From: Epithemia pelagica
Lineage: Eukaryota > Protista > Bacillariophyta
Assembly (NCBI GenBank): GCA_946965045.2
Contig: OX337240.1
Location: 124,001-188,000 of the forward strand
Length of the DNA stretch: 64,000 nt
Reading direction: 5' to 3'
Made by a program: the position numbers and the translations under genes. The notes under the pieces are model-generated. The model did no database searches. It was given only the letters and a program-made list of their open reading frames with translations, and was not told the DNA's origin. Below are positions 32,518-42,249 of the stretch, piece by piece; the first letter of the stretch is position 1; each line of letters opens with the position of its first letter.

Positions 32518-34015
32518 TCATTGTTCCAACCCCACGGCTGCCACTTCGGCCGTTAATCGTTCGACAATGGTGTCAAAGGAGGGTCGGGCACAGGGGACGG
32601 GATGCCAACAGTCTTGCAACAAGGCTCAAATGGCGGGGGAGGCAATTCGATTTTGAGAATGGGCCGGCGTTTTGTGCTTGTGCTTGACCAAGGAGGTTAA
32701 TTCCAAGGTGGTTTGGGCCCGTTTTCGGTTTTGGTTGGGATTGGCATAGGGTTTTACCAACGAACACACTTCCCACAACAAGATTCCAAAGGAATAGACA
32801 TCGGCTGGATAAAAGTAATCTTGTCCTTGCGCTACTTCGGGGGCCATGTATCGGAGTGTACCAACATTCCACGTCAAGCATCGTTCGTCGTGCCGTTGGA
32901 CATGACGGGCCAAGCCAAAATCCAACAAACATACCTTGCTCGGTGTACATGTTGTTGTGGTGGTTCTTGTGCTGCTTCTTCTTTGGAATGATCGGTGTTG
33001 TTTGGGAAAGGATGACGACGACGAGGAGGATGCCGTAAAGGAGGACCGCAGCAGGCTGTTGGATCGAATCGAAGACGATCGGAGACTCGAGGAGCCTCGA
33101 GTGTCAAGATCATCACCCTCATGGTTGTCAAACCGCAATCCGACATTGGCTGGTTTGAGGTCACGAAACATGACTTGTTGGGCATGCAAAAAGGCCATGG
33201 CCTTGGCCACACCCAAGGCCACGTGTTGAATGCGATGACTTTGAATCCATCGACACTTTTTTTGGGAGGACGATCCACCAAACGGCACGACCCTTTTGCG
33301 GCTGCTCGAATTGGTCCTCCACGTAGAAAGGGTGTGATCCAAGGATTCCGTCATTTGTTCTTGCAAGTAAAAGGCCGTTTCGGCATGGGTCCAAAAGTCG
33401 TGCGAAAGACCGACCAAGGAAATGATATGGGGATGAGGACGCAAGTGCGACAGAATGCGCACTTCATTTTGCAAATCTTGAAAGGCCAAGGTGGCCGTTT
33501 GTTCATTGGCCAAGGTCTTGTCGTGAAGTTTCTTCATGGCCAATGGTGGTTGGTAGTTCTTGTTGTTGTTGTCGCTTTTGTTGTTGTCGTCTTTTTCGTT
33601 GTCTTTGTTTCCTCTTGTCGAGACAACTGCAAGGGGAGGACAAGAAGTAGAAGCAGTGGTACAGGACAGGGTGCTGTTTCTTCCTCGTTTGGTGGCGGTT
33701 CCCAACACACCACTGGAATCACAGGATGTTGCCATTGTGGAGAAGGAATGGGACAGGGTGGTATCCGTGGTACGAGACGATCGCTGCGAAGCTTCGGGTG
33801 CCAGGCAACAACTCGTTTGGTCGCTCGCCACTGGTTGCTCCTCTTGTTGTTGTTGTTGTTGTTGCGGACCAGATGAAAGAGCGGTGGTGGTGGAGGTTGG
33901 ACGAATGGTCACACTCAGTACCGAAGCAAAGCCTCCCTTGCCCAAGAGACGTCCCACTTGAACTTGATCGGGATGGACGGTCCAGAGAGAGGGAGCGCTT
34001 GTACAAATCGTGTAT
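32518..34015 (-). pseudogene. Ser/Thr (TKL-like) protein kinase, 5'-truncated, premature TGA at 32626-32628
   Basis: LGKGGFASV, AMKKL, FRDLKPANVG, DFG, GTLRYMAPE, DVYSFGILLWE, CWHP..RPSF. No ATG found upstream in frame. Confidence 0.88.
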
Positions 34016-34087
34016 TCTATCGCTACCTTGAGACGTTTGCCTCAGCAACAAGATCAACCACAAGACGACGGAAATGAGGAAGATTCG

Positions 34088-34543
34088 TGTTGTTTTTCAC
34101 TACTGTCGAGTAACGAAAAAGAGCTCTTTTGCAAAATTGTGTGTTTCTAGATTATCGTGTGCAAGCTATGAATCGCTCCTGCTTATGCGTTGAGCGTTGA
34201 CTCGTAGATTGGTGCGTTGATCGACCAAATTGGCGGTCCCAATTGTTTATGGACGACCTTGCTGCCTCTTCTGAGATTGGTGGCTCCCTAAGTAGCGTCC
34301 GTTTACTTAGGAGCCAGTACCGTTATTGCTCTGGCTATGGGAGTCGTTGTTTAGAGCGGCATGAGTGTTACATAGCCGTCGTCCAAATCCCATGTTGAGA
34401 TGAGTCGTTCGTCTTTGTTGATTTGTGATTTGTGAGAGGCGGCGGTTCAATGATGCGTTGGGCGTGTTGTGTCATGGGAATTCTGTCTCTGTCCCCCATT
34501 GTCCCCCACGTGTAGTTAGGCCCTTGCGTACAGTATTTGAACA
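34088..34543 (-). repeat. 3' LTR of Copia B
   Basis: TGTT...AACA termini; matches 39919-40374 except CATTGTCCCCC versus CATTGTTCCCC. Confidence 0.97.
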
Positions 34544-34550
34544 CTCCCTC
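34544..34550 (-). promoter_or_regulatory. Polypurine tract
   Basis: GAGGGAG abutting the 3' LTR on the minus strand. Confidence 0.75.
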
Positions 34551-34579
34551 ACAGAGCGGTATTGTCAGGACTACCAGGA

Positions 34580-37500
34580 CTACCAGCCCATGATAGATTT
34601 GCGATGTCGCTCGAACGTATCCTTGTCTAAGGCTTTGGTGAAGATGTCGGCGGTTTGTTGCTCAGTATCACATGGTAGTATTGTGATCTGTTTCTGTTCC
34701 ACATATTCTTTGAAATGGAAAAGTTTTGTACATAGATAGCGTGTTCGAGGACGATATTTGTGGACGGTAGCTAATTCGAACGCTCCATTGTTGTCCTCAA
34801 ACGCTCGGCAATGCACTCTTGGTTGCGTCGATATGACCTTGTATCCCCGCGTTTTCATTTCCTTGGTGATATGCATCAGTGGGATAACCGTCCGTAGTGA
34901 CGTCGACAGACTAATGATCTCGGCCTCGGTTGTGGAAAGAGCAATCTCAGTCTGTAATTTAGAAGCCCACACAATAGGGCAGCCCCCGTAGAAGATGATA
35001 TAGCCGGTACGAGATCGTGCCATATCCGTCCTGGGCATATCAGTTTTATTGAAGTTCCCACAAAAATCCGCATCGGCATAGACATCGAAGTTGGTATCTT
35101 CTTGTGGATTCAGTAGTATGCCGAGAGTACGGGTCGACGCAAGATAGCGTCCGATTTGCTTGACTGCTCTTCCGTGTATTTGCTTTGGATTTGCTGCAAA
35201 TCTCGCGCATTGGTGCACGGCATACGAAATGTCCGGTCGTGTACTCTTTTCGAGGAAGTTCAACTTCCCAATCACAGAGCGATAATGGAAGTGTCCGTCG
35301 AATGGGTCACCGTCGTCGTCTGAGCGCATCTTTACTGTACTTGCTGCTGGTATGTCTTTTCCTTGGGCGTCCTCCGGCAATCGTAAGTCATCGAGAATCG
35401 AATCAATTAGGCGTGTCTGAGATAGATGCATCTGACCCGATTCCTGTTTTGTGATATGGACCCCTAAGAAATCTTCAACCCCGTCTTCATATGTCATCTT
35501 AAGCCCGATCTCTTCTAACTTGGCGATGATGCGATTCAGTTCTTCTGGATCCGGCCCTGTAAGAATTGAGTCATCTGTATACAATATGTATATGCTTTGG
35601 CCGTGATAAAACAGGCATTCGTCATGAGAGCTTTGTGTGAATCCTGCCTTCTCGAGCTGTTGTACCAGATGTTTGTTCCATACACGTGCTGCTTGCTTCT
35701 GTCCGTAGTAATTACGCCGTATTTTGAGTACATAGTCTTCGGCCTTTTGTTCACCCTTAGTGTCGAAGGTAAAAGCCTTTGGAGCCTCCATGTACATATC
35801 CGTCTCGGCCATTGCTTGGGTGTACGCTAGGACGTAGTCGACCTGTTTAATAGCCCATCCTTGCGCCAGAGCGGTAGTTAGAACATATCGTACAACAGGC
35901 CATTGGACAACAGGGGCATAGGTCTCCCAATAGTTGACCCCCTTTGTTTGTCCGGACCCATCAAAAGCTAGTCGTGATTTCCACTTGTAAATTTCCCCGG
36001 TCTCTAGCCTGCGCTTCCGCATGCAGCTCCAGACAGCGCGAGTAATATAGCTACCGGGAGGAATGTCTTTTCGCCGTACGATCTCCCACAATCCATTTTC
36101 CGTGTGATCTCTGACTTCCTTTTGTGCGGCCTTGATAAATTCGTGGCGATCTGGTTGCTGCATGGCTTCGTGCCAATACATAACGTCAGGATTCTTCTGT
36201 GCTTGCGCCGTCATGCTCACGATGCCTGGGAGAGCAATAGCTAGTTCCCCCAATGGATTTAGGTCGTCGCCGAGTTCTGCCATGTATTCTTGATATCGTG
36301 TTGTCGGTCTTGGCTCCCTTTGTGACCGTCGGAGACCAGCTCCCTCATGCACAGGGATATTTGGTACGGCATCTCCCTCATCGTCTCTTGTCGGTGTAGC
36401 CTGACCTTGGTCCACTATCTCCTCGTTATTGTCTACCTCCCTCATGGGTGCGTCGAGATTGATAGCTTTTGCTCGTTTGGGTCGTGCTGTTCCGCTCGTC
36501 CGTTTGCTGAATCCCGCGCGCTGTTGCCAATAAGAGATTGGTTGGGCTTCTCCAAAACTACGACGGATAGTCTCAAAGTTGTCGTCATAGTGCACATGGA
36601 ACTGTGGTGATGATAGGCCCGATGAAAGGGACAAAATAAGCCCAACCGTCCTTGCATGTTGCGCCGAGTAACCCAGGAAGATACCAACCCGCGATCGTTC
36701 GGACCACTTTGGTAGGCCCTTTCCAGCTTGAAGTTCGTTATCCAGCACATAACTTGGGCATCCGAAGGTATGTGCATTTCGGATGTTGAATCGCACAGGG
36801 GAACCGGAGAAGAGTTCAATCGGTGTCTTGTCTTTATGTTTCTTCAACGGAGCTTCGTTAAACATGTCTGATGCATACCGAACGGCATACGGCCATAGGT
36901 TCGTTGTGATTGCTGTGGGCCATCGTCGGTGTGCATGCAATAGCATAGTTCTTGCCGAGTCTTGTAGATCGCGTATCCGACGTTCGGCCATGCCACTCTG
37001 GAAATGAGCGTTGACGCCACTGAAAGTCAGTCGCTGGCCTTTGCTCGCGACTGCTTTTCTAAACTCATTGTCTGCGAAAATCCCATTGTCGGCATGATAA
37101 TGCTGGATAGCTACCCCATGGGTTTCTGCCCATGACTCGAATCTCTCCTTAGCTTCAATAGTATCAGTAGCTGAGGTAGACCGCTGTAGATGTACATAGC
37201 CGATTCCCGAGAAGTGATCCACGAAAACAGTTGCGACGCGATATCGTTCTCGCGTGGGAGTACCGCGCATGTGTGCGATATAGCCAGGCGTATTCGAGAT
37301 GAGCTGGTCCACTGACACGCATTGACCGGGGCGCGTCATTGTATCTAAAGTTCCTTGCGATCCCTTGACTCGCCATGGTTTCTTCGTCGCTTTGCCATAC
37401 ATGCACGCGGTGCATGCTGGAACTGCACATGATCCCAGTCGCCTTGGTAATGCTCCTTGGCGTGCCATGGTTTGGATCTTTGCCATTGATAAATGTCCGA

Positions 37501-38617
37501 GTCGATGGTGAGTGCGAAGGAGTTCAGCTGTTGGACTTTCATGCGGCACCTCTTCTTCGTTTGGTATCACATGCACCACTTTTTCCGTATCGAATAAAAA
37601 ATCTGTCGTCAATGGCGTGTCTCGATGTGGAAAATATTGCTCGTTGTGTTCGTCATCCATGTCCGTCCGGTCCTCGAGACTCCCTTCGTCGTCACTTGTT
37701 CTTGGTACGTTGTCTTCCTGTGTAGCGTCGTCATCGTCTTCAATCACATTTGCCTCACTAACAATCGGTGGATTGTTGTCATCTTCACAGACTTTACAAC
37801 AAAAGCTTTGGTAGTGGGTCATTCCGGTTGCCGTGGAGAACTCTCCCACATTTGTGCCTCGCCGATTCAACGGAATCGTTCGTTTGCTCGCTCCTTGGTT
37901 CCATTCCAGGGTAATTGTGTCGTCAGTGGTGATACATCGGGTGCCATGCGGCTTCGGTCGGTGATCTCGTGCCACTTGTGCCCAGTGTTGCGGGGAAAGG
38001 AGCCGATGTGACGTGGATGGAATATAGAATGACCCGGGGAGCACAATGCGGTATACTTGCCCATCGTCGTCTTCGATGTCCCATTTGATCGTCGTGGAGT
38101 ACACCTCGGTCTTGTATAATCCAGCAATTCCCTTTATTTTGCGTTGAATTGGTGTTGGAGATGTCAAGCAATCGGTGATATCGTGGGTGATTGATGCTGT
38201 GGCACAGTTGTCGATGAAGAGAGGTTTGCTGTCCGAGTCAAATCGGACCGAATGTGCCTTGACCAGTTTGCTTGCCACCGGAGCTGCGAGTATCGTGGTC
38301 ATGCACAGTCCTTTCATGAGGCTCGCGTTCCACTGTTTTCGTCGTCTCCTGGTTGCTGGCGATCTTGGCCTTGGTCTAGATCTGGGTGGTGGAATAGCTG
38401 CATCAAGTATTGCCAGGCTATTGGCCATCATGGTCGATAGCGTGGTCCATAAATAGTCGATCCATCTTGCATTCGTGGCTGGAGCAGTAGTAGTTGGAGC
38501 TTCATCATCATAACCTACTAGGACATACAAGTAAATAGTTGTAGTCGCTAGTAAGATATAGATGAGCTGTTCGAAAGTCTTGGTGAACAGCCCGAGGAGT
38601 GACCTCGGGTCTGGTTG
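34580..38617 (-). CDS. pol: Copia B Pol (protease, integrase, RT, RNase H), in frame with gag
   Basis: IDNCAT, HHRLGH..C.AC, VDQL/DNG/AER, WKSRLAFDG, LYTDD, ADIFTKAL. No stops between 38617 and 34580. Confidence 0.95.
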   Translation of the reverse strand, partial: QPDPRSLLGLFTKTFEQLIYILLATTTIYLYVLVGYDDEAPTTTAPATNARWIDYLWTTLSTMMANSLAILDAAIPPPRSRPRPRSPATRRRRKQWNASLMKGLCMTTILAAPVASKLVKAHSVRFDSDSKPLFIDNCATASITHDITDCLTSPTPIQRKIKGIAGLYKTEVYSTTIKWDIEDDDGQVYRIVLPGSFYIPSTSHRLLSPQHWAQVARDHRPKPHGTRCITTDDTITLEWNQGASKRTIPLNRRGTNVGEFSTATGMTHYQSFCCKVCEDDNNPPIVSEANVIEDDDDATQEDNVPRTSDDEGSLEDRTDMDDEHNEQYFPHRDTPLTTDFLFDTEKVVHVIPNEEEVPHESPTAELLRTHHRLGHLSMAKIQTMARQGALPRRLGSCAVPACTACMYGKATKKPWRVKGSQGTLDTMTRPGQCVSVDQLISNTPGYIAHMRGTPTRERYRVATVFVDHFSGIGYVHLQRSTSATDTIEAKERFESWAETHGVAIQHYHADNGIFADNEFRKAVASKGQRLTFSGVNAHFQSGMAERRIRDLQDSARTMLLHAHRRWPTAITTNLWPYAVRYASDMFNEAPLKKHKDKTPIELFSGSPVRFNIRNAHTFGCPSYVLDNELQAGKGLPKWSERSRVGIFLGYSAQHARTVGLILSLSSGLSSPQFHVHYDDNFETIRRSFGEAQPISYWQQRAGFSKRTSGTARPKRAKAINLDAPMREVDNNEEIVDQGQATPTRDDEGDAVPNIPVHEGAGLRRSQREPRPTTRYQEYMAELGDDLNPLGELAIALPGIVSMTAQAQKNPDVMYWHEAMQQPDRHEFIKAAQKEVRDHTENGLWEIVRRKDIPPGSYITRAVWSCMRKRRLETGEIYKWKSRLAFDGSGQTKGVNYWETYAPVVQWPVVRYVLTTALAQGWAIKQVDYVLAYTQAMAETDMYMEAPKAFTFDTKGEQKAEDYVLKIRRNYYGQKQAARVWNKHLVQQLEKAGFTQSSHDECLFYHGQSIYILYTDDSILTGPDPEELNRIIAKLEEIGLKMTYEDGVEDFLGVHITKQESGQMHLSQTRLIDSILDDLRLPEDAQGKDIPAASTVKMRSDDDGDPFDGHFHYRSVIGKLNFLEKSTRPDISYAVHQCARFAANPKQIHGRAVKQIGRYLASTRTLGILLNPQEDTNFDVYADADFCGNFNKTDMPRTDMARSRTGYIIFYGGCPIVWASKLQTEIALSTTEAEIISLSTSLRTVIPLMHITKEMKTRGYKVISTQPRVHCRAFEDNNGAFELATVHKYRPRTRYLCTKLFHFKEYVEQKQITILPCDTEQQTADIFTKALDKDTFERHRKSIMGW

Positions 38618-38620
38618 TCA
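38591..38620 (-). promoter_or_regulatory. Putative stop-codon readthrough signal
   Basis: TGA CAA CCA GA followed by CCCGAGG-TCACT-CCTCGGG. Confidence 0.72.
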
Positions 38621-39877
38621 TTCTTCATCCGAGGACTCTTCTTGGGCAGGGAGATCAGCCAAGGCATTTGCCAAACGGAGTGCCGGGGTGGTTCCTTCTT
38701 TTCCCGTATCCGGGTGCGCTGCGTCATATGCTTTCTTCTTGTCTCCAGTCAATCCGCGTCCGTTGCAAGTGGCTGAGGTATGGTTCTTGTTGAGAGACCA
38801 TTTCTCGTGCCACTTGCACCAATAGTAGGTCTTGCCGTTCACTTCTTTTATTTCTGGATCTCCCTCAGGCGGACCAGTGGTTTGCCAAGCTTCTTTGAGT
38901 CCCTCTTTGTCCTTAGTCTGTTTAGCCTTGCCGGTCTTGTTGTTGCTACCAGTGCTACCTTCATTGCTTTGTGCAGAACGTCCCTTCGCCATGCGTTTCA
39001 CCTGGGCCTCAAGGGCAATAATCTTCTGGTCGCGCTCCGATAGGGACTGCCATTTCTTGGCTTCTACTAGTGACTGGTACTTAAGCCGTGCCCAATCCAT
39101 GAGTTGCGTGGGTGTTAGGTTCGGCGAATCTCCTTCTTCGTATGCGTTCTTGCGACGCCTGATCATTTCCAGAAAGTTCTCGTCGTTCACCGTTTCATAT
39201 GCCTTGAATAGGTTTGGGAGGAGGTCGAGGGTCCGTTCCCCACGTGCACTTAGGCCCTGCAATGTTTCTTTCACGTACGAGTTGAACTTGATAATGTCTC
39301 CGTTGAAGTCTGCGATATGGATGTGAAGGTCCGACAGACGCTGGCGTAGCACCATTACGGTCGCTTCGGTATCCACATAAGCCAAGGAAATGATGACCTT
39401 GAGGAGCAACGGCCCGACACCCTTGTTATCCACTATGAATTCGTCGCGTCGGAGATTGACTTGTGCCCTCGCTTCTTCGTTTAACGATGCCATGAGACAC
39501 ATGTAGGACATGTAGGAGTTCTGCGTGATGCGATTCTGTCCGAGGAAGCTGTCCACGTAGTCTCGCACTTGTCGAAGGGAAACTCGTCCGTAGGCTTGAG
39601 TAAGGAGATGAGTAGGAGCAGCTGGAGGAGCGGGTCCTGCTGCAGGAGGGACCACAATATGTTCCGGAATGGAGAATGTGCTAGTCCAAGATTGCTCGAC
39701 GATGCGATCTTGAAACGAATCGAGGAAAAGCTTGAGTCCCTCCGCATGGAGGTCGTAGAGATCTCCGCCATCAAAAAGGCCTGTCGTCGCTTGCTTGTAT
39801 AACTTCGAGCCTGCCGCGGTCGTAAAGTTGATTACGTTGTTCGCGTTGGCGTTGGCGGGAGAGATTGCAAAAGCCAT
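38618..39877 (-). CDS. gag: Copia B Gag (419 aa)
   Basis: GPLLLKVII, FNGDIIKFNSYVK, DLLPNLFKAY, and zinc-knuckle-like YYWCKWHEKWSLNKNHTSATC. Confidence 0.92.
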   Translation of the reverse strand: MAFAISPANANANNVINFTTAAGSKLYKQATTGLFDGGDLYDLHAEGLKLFLDSFQDRIVEQSWTSTFSIPEHIVVPPAAGPAPPAAPTHLLTQAYGRVSLRQVRDYVDSFLGQNRITQNSYMSYMCLMASLNEEARAQVNLRRDEFIVDNKGVGPLLLKVIISLAYVDTEATVMVLRQRLSDLHIHIADFNGDIIKFNSYVKETLQGLSARGERTLDLLPNLFKAYETVNDENFLEMIRRRKNAYEEGDSPNLTPTQLMDWARLKYQSLVEAKKWQSLSERDQKIIALEAQVKRMAKGRSAQSNEGSTGSNNKTGKAKQTKDKEGLKEAWQTTGPPEGDPEIKEVNGKTYYWCKWHEKWSLNKNHTSATCNGRGLTGDKKKAYDAAHPDTGKEGTTPALRLANALADLPAQEESSDEE

Positions 39878-39904
39878 GGTCGACGATCAGAGATGCTGTT
39901 TACA

Positions 39905-39918
39905 GCGCAGAGGAAGCG
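39905..39918 (-). promoter_or_regulatory. Primer-binding site of Copia B, complementary to the D-arm of initiator tRNA-Met
   Basis: Plus strand GCGCAGAGGAAGCG directly before the LTR TG. Eukaryotic tRNAiMet carries GCGCAG-N-GGAAGCG. Confidence 0.68.
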
Positions 39919-40374
39919 TGTTGTTTTTCACTACTGTCGAGTAACGAAAAAGAGCTCTTTTGCAAAATTGTGTGTTTCTAGATTATCGTGTGCAAGCTAT
40001 GAATCGCTCCTGCTTATGCGTTGAGCGTTGACTCGTAGATTGGTGCGTTGATCGACCAAATTGGCGGTCCCAATTGTTTATGGACGACCTTGCTGCCTCT
40101 TCTGAGATTGGTGGCTCCCTAAGTAGCGTCCGTTTACTTAGGAGCCAGTACCGTTATTGCTCTGGCTATGGGAGTCGTTGTTTAGAGCGGCATGAGTGTT
40201 ACATAGCCGTCGTCCAAATCCCATGTTGAGATGAGTCGTTCGTCTTTGTTGATTTGTGATTTGTGAGAGGCGGCGGTTCAATGATGCGTTGGGCGTGTTG
40301 TGTCATGGGAATTCTGTCTCTGTCCCCCATTGTTCCCCACGTGTAGTTAGGCCCTTGCGTACAGTATTTGAACA
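39919..40374 (-). repeat. 5' LTR of Copia B
   Basis: 456 bp, matches 34088-34543. Confidence 0.97.
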
Positions 40375-41556
40375 GATTCGACAATCACTACCAAGAGAAA
40401 TTCCACTAGAAGGAAAAGACGACAAATCATTGATTTTTCGGGCAATGATTATTTGGGCTTGGCACACAGTGCACAGTGGAGGACAGTATCATGCAGTCGA
40501 AGGACGATATAAGCAAGCAGTGACAAGCCTACAACAGAACGACAATCTAGCTGCTGCGGCACCACCCCTAACGGGTTCCACGTTCCACTGGATCTCGCTC
40601 AGGCTCAGCGCATCGACATAACAATAACGCAGAATATGCTTTTGAGTCTGACGCGGTTCGACTCGGACCATCGCATACCGTCTGTGACGTTAGCTGACAT
40701 GTCTGCGACTCCCTGCTGAGCCATGTTGGGTTCCACATCGAGTCTCATGTCATGTATATCGAAGGGTGGACCAATACAGAATCTAACTAGTGGCGCTTCA
40801 CGAAAAGGAATGCCATGTGTGGCGGCGGTACGGTGTGGCGATGATGACTGCCATCTCAGGAACAAATGAGGACATTCCAGTGTTTGCAGTATGCACAATG
40901 GCTCAACAATAGACGGAAAAGGAGTCTATGTTTTCGCTTTCCTGGAGAGTTCGATCGACGAGGACTGCTGAACTAAGGAGATGCTTGTCAATGTCACGAA
41001 AAAGCGGCACAAGGCAGTCATCGTCTGTTCAATGGCAGACTTCTCAGTCTTTTGCTGTTTTGTAGCTGTGTTCTCCTCCTTGTTGTTCTCGCAGAATGCA
41101 ATGGGGTGTTGTTTCTCCGTGGAGTACTCGTTCGACTTCAGAATGTTTCCCTGTTTCGTATTCCCTGTTTCGTATTTAGCGCTTCACATCCAAACTTCAT
41201 TGAGTTCTTTCGAGTTTTGGAGAGGATCCGTGTCCCCGCTGGGGCGCCTCGTTATCTACTGGATCCACGTTCGCCGAGCCTCCACCAGGCTCCAATTCCT
41301 CGCAAGAGCTCACAAGACAACGAGAACCAGAAAATAACATGAGCACAGCTGTGGTGCCACCACAAACACAAATGGGTCAAGTAAGAATCCACAAATGGGT
41401 CAAGTAAGAATACGTGATGGCCTAACAAACATTCCAAGAATTTGATTCACGTTTAAATTACTTTAAATGACCAACCTGACGTTGGAGCACTGTTGTGATT
41501 GACATCGTTCGAATTCTGTTATTAGATGGCTCACTTACACTTAGACTAGTTTACCT

Positions 41557-41934
41557 TTAGGTGCTGCCACTACCCCCCTTGCCACTACCCTTCTTCTTGC
41601 CGTATGGCAATTCTCGTTCCTCCTGCGAGGACAGATCTCGTTCCTGCGAGGAGGGAAGAGCATCCATCATCTTGCCCTTGCCACCACCCTTCTTGCCGTA
41701 TGGCAATTCTCGTTCCTCCTGCGAGGAGAGATCTCGTTCCTGCGAGGAGGGAAGAGCATCCATCATGGAATCTTCAGTATCCAAGCCGGCATGGGCAGTC
41801 GTCGAGGACTCGAGAAGGCGCTTCTGGGGAAGACGGACGTGCATCTGTTGAGCATCGACAACAAGGGCCACGAGAACAACGACCGCCATGAAGGACAACA
41901 TCTTGAAACCAAAACGAACAGGAAAGAGACTCAT
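41557..41934 (-). CDS. Small secreted silaffin-like precursor (125 aa) with RXL motifs and K/G-rich peptides
   Basis: Signal peptide MLSFMAVVVLVALVVDA; 2 x 96-bp repeat MMDALPSSQERDLSSQEERELPYGKK(GGGKGK/KGSGKGG). Confidence 0.72.
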   Translation of the reverse strand: MSLFPVRFGFKMLSFMAVVVLVALVVDAQQMHVRLPQKRLLESSTTAHAGLDTEDSMMDALPSSQERDLSSQEERELPYGKKGGGKGKMMDALPSSQERDLSSQEERELPYGKKKGSGKGGSGST

Positions 41935-42249
41935 GATGATCTTCTTGTGCTCGACTTGTTTTGTCTTGGAGGAACTGGTATGCAAATTGAGCTTTGCAAA
42001 ATTGTGAGAATGTCAGACGCAGTGGTTCTGCGGGGTCTTAAAAGTTTGAAACGATACAAAAGATCTTTGGGCCTCCTTGAAATCTTTGGGAGGCCATCAA
42101 TTATTGCTTATCCACCGGTGTTTTATCGCAATAGGAGATTGAGTACTTTCTCCATGTTCCATTTCCATAATACAAAAAATGAGGTCATCGAGTCCATCCG
42201 GTGACCTTCGCTGGTGAACGAAAACCTCCGACTGGGAGTGCAAAGAGTA

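Larger units (their letters stand above)
34088..40374 (-). mobile_element. Complete young Ty1/copia (CoDi-like) retrotransposon B, 6287 bp
   Basis: Two 456-bp LTRs (one mismatch seen), GATTCG on both flanks, PBS, PPT, domain order gag-PR-IN-RT-RH. Confidence 0.97.
34020..40600 (+). pseudogene. 8-amino-7-oxononanoate synthase (BioF-like) remnant split by Copia B
   Basis: The empty site reads TLRRLPQQQD...EED|STITTK...IIDFSGNDYLGLAH in one frame. A degenerate GSTGSRL follows, with frameshifts. Confidence 0.72.

Noticed and set aside
38200-38215. Protease triad DNC instead of D(S/T)G as a sign of inactivation or novelty
   Set aside because: To my knowledge such variants are usual in this diatom Copia clade, and the rest of pol is intact.
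40605-41340. Stop-interrupted protein-like minus-strand sequence
   Set aside because: Probably a pseudogene, but the family is not recognisable, so it was not annotated.
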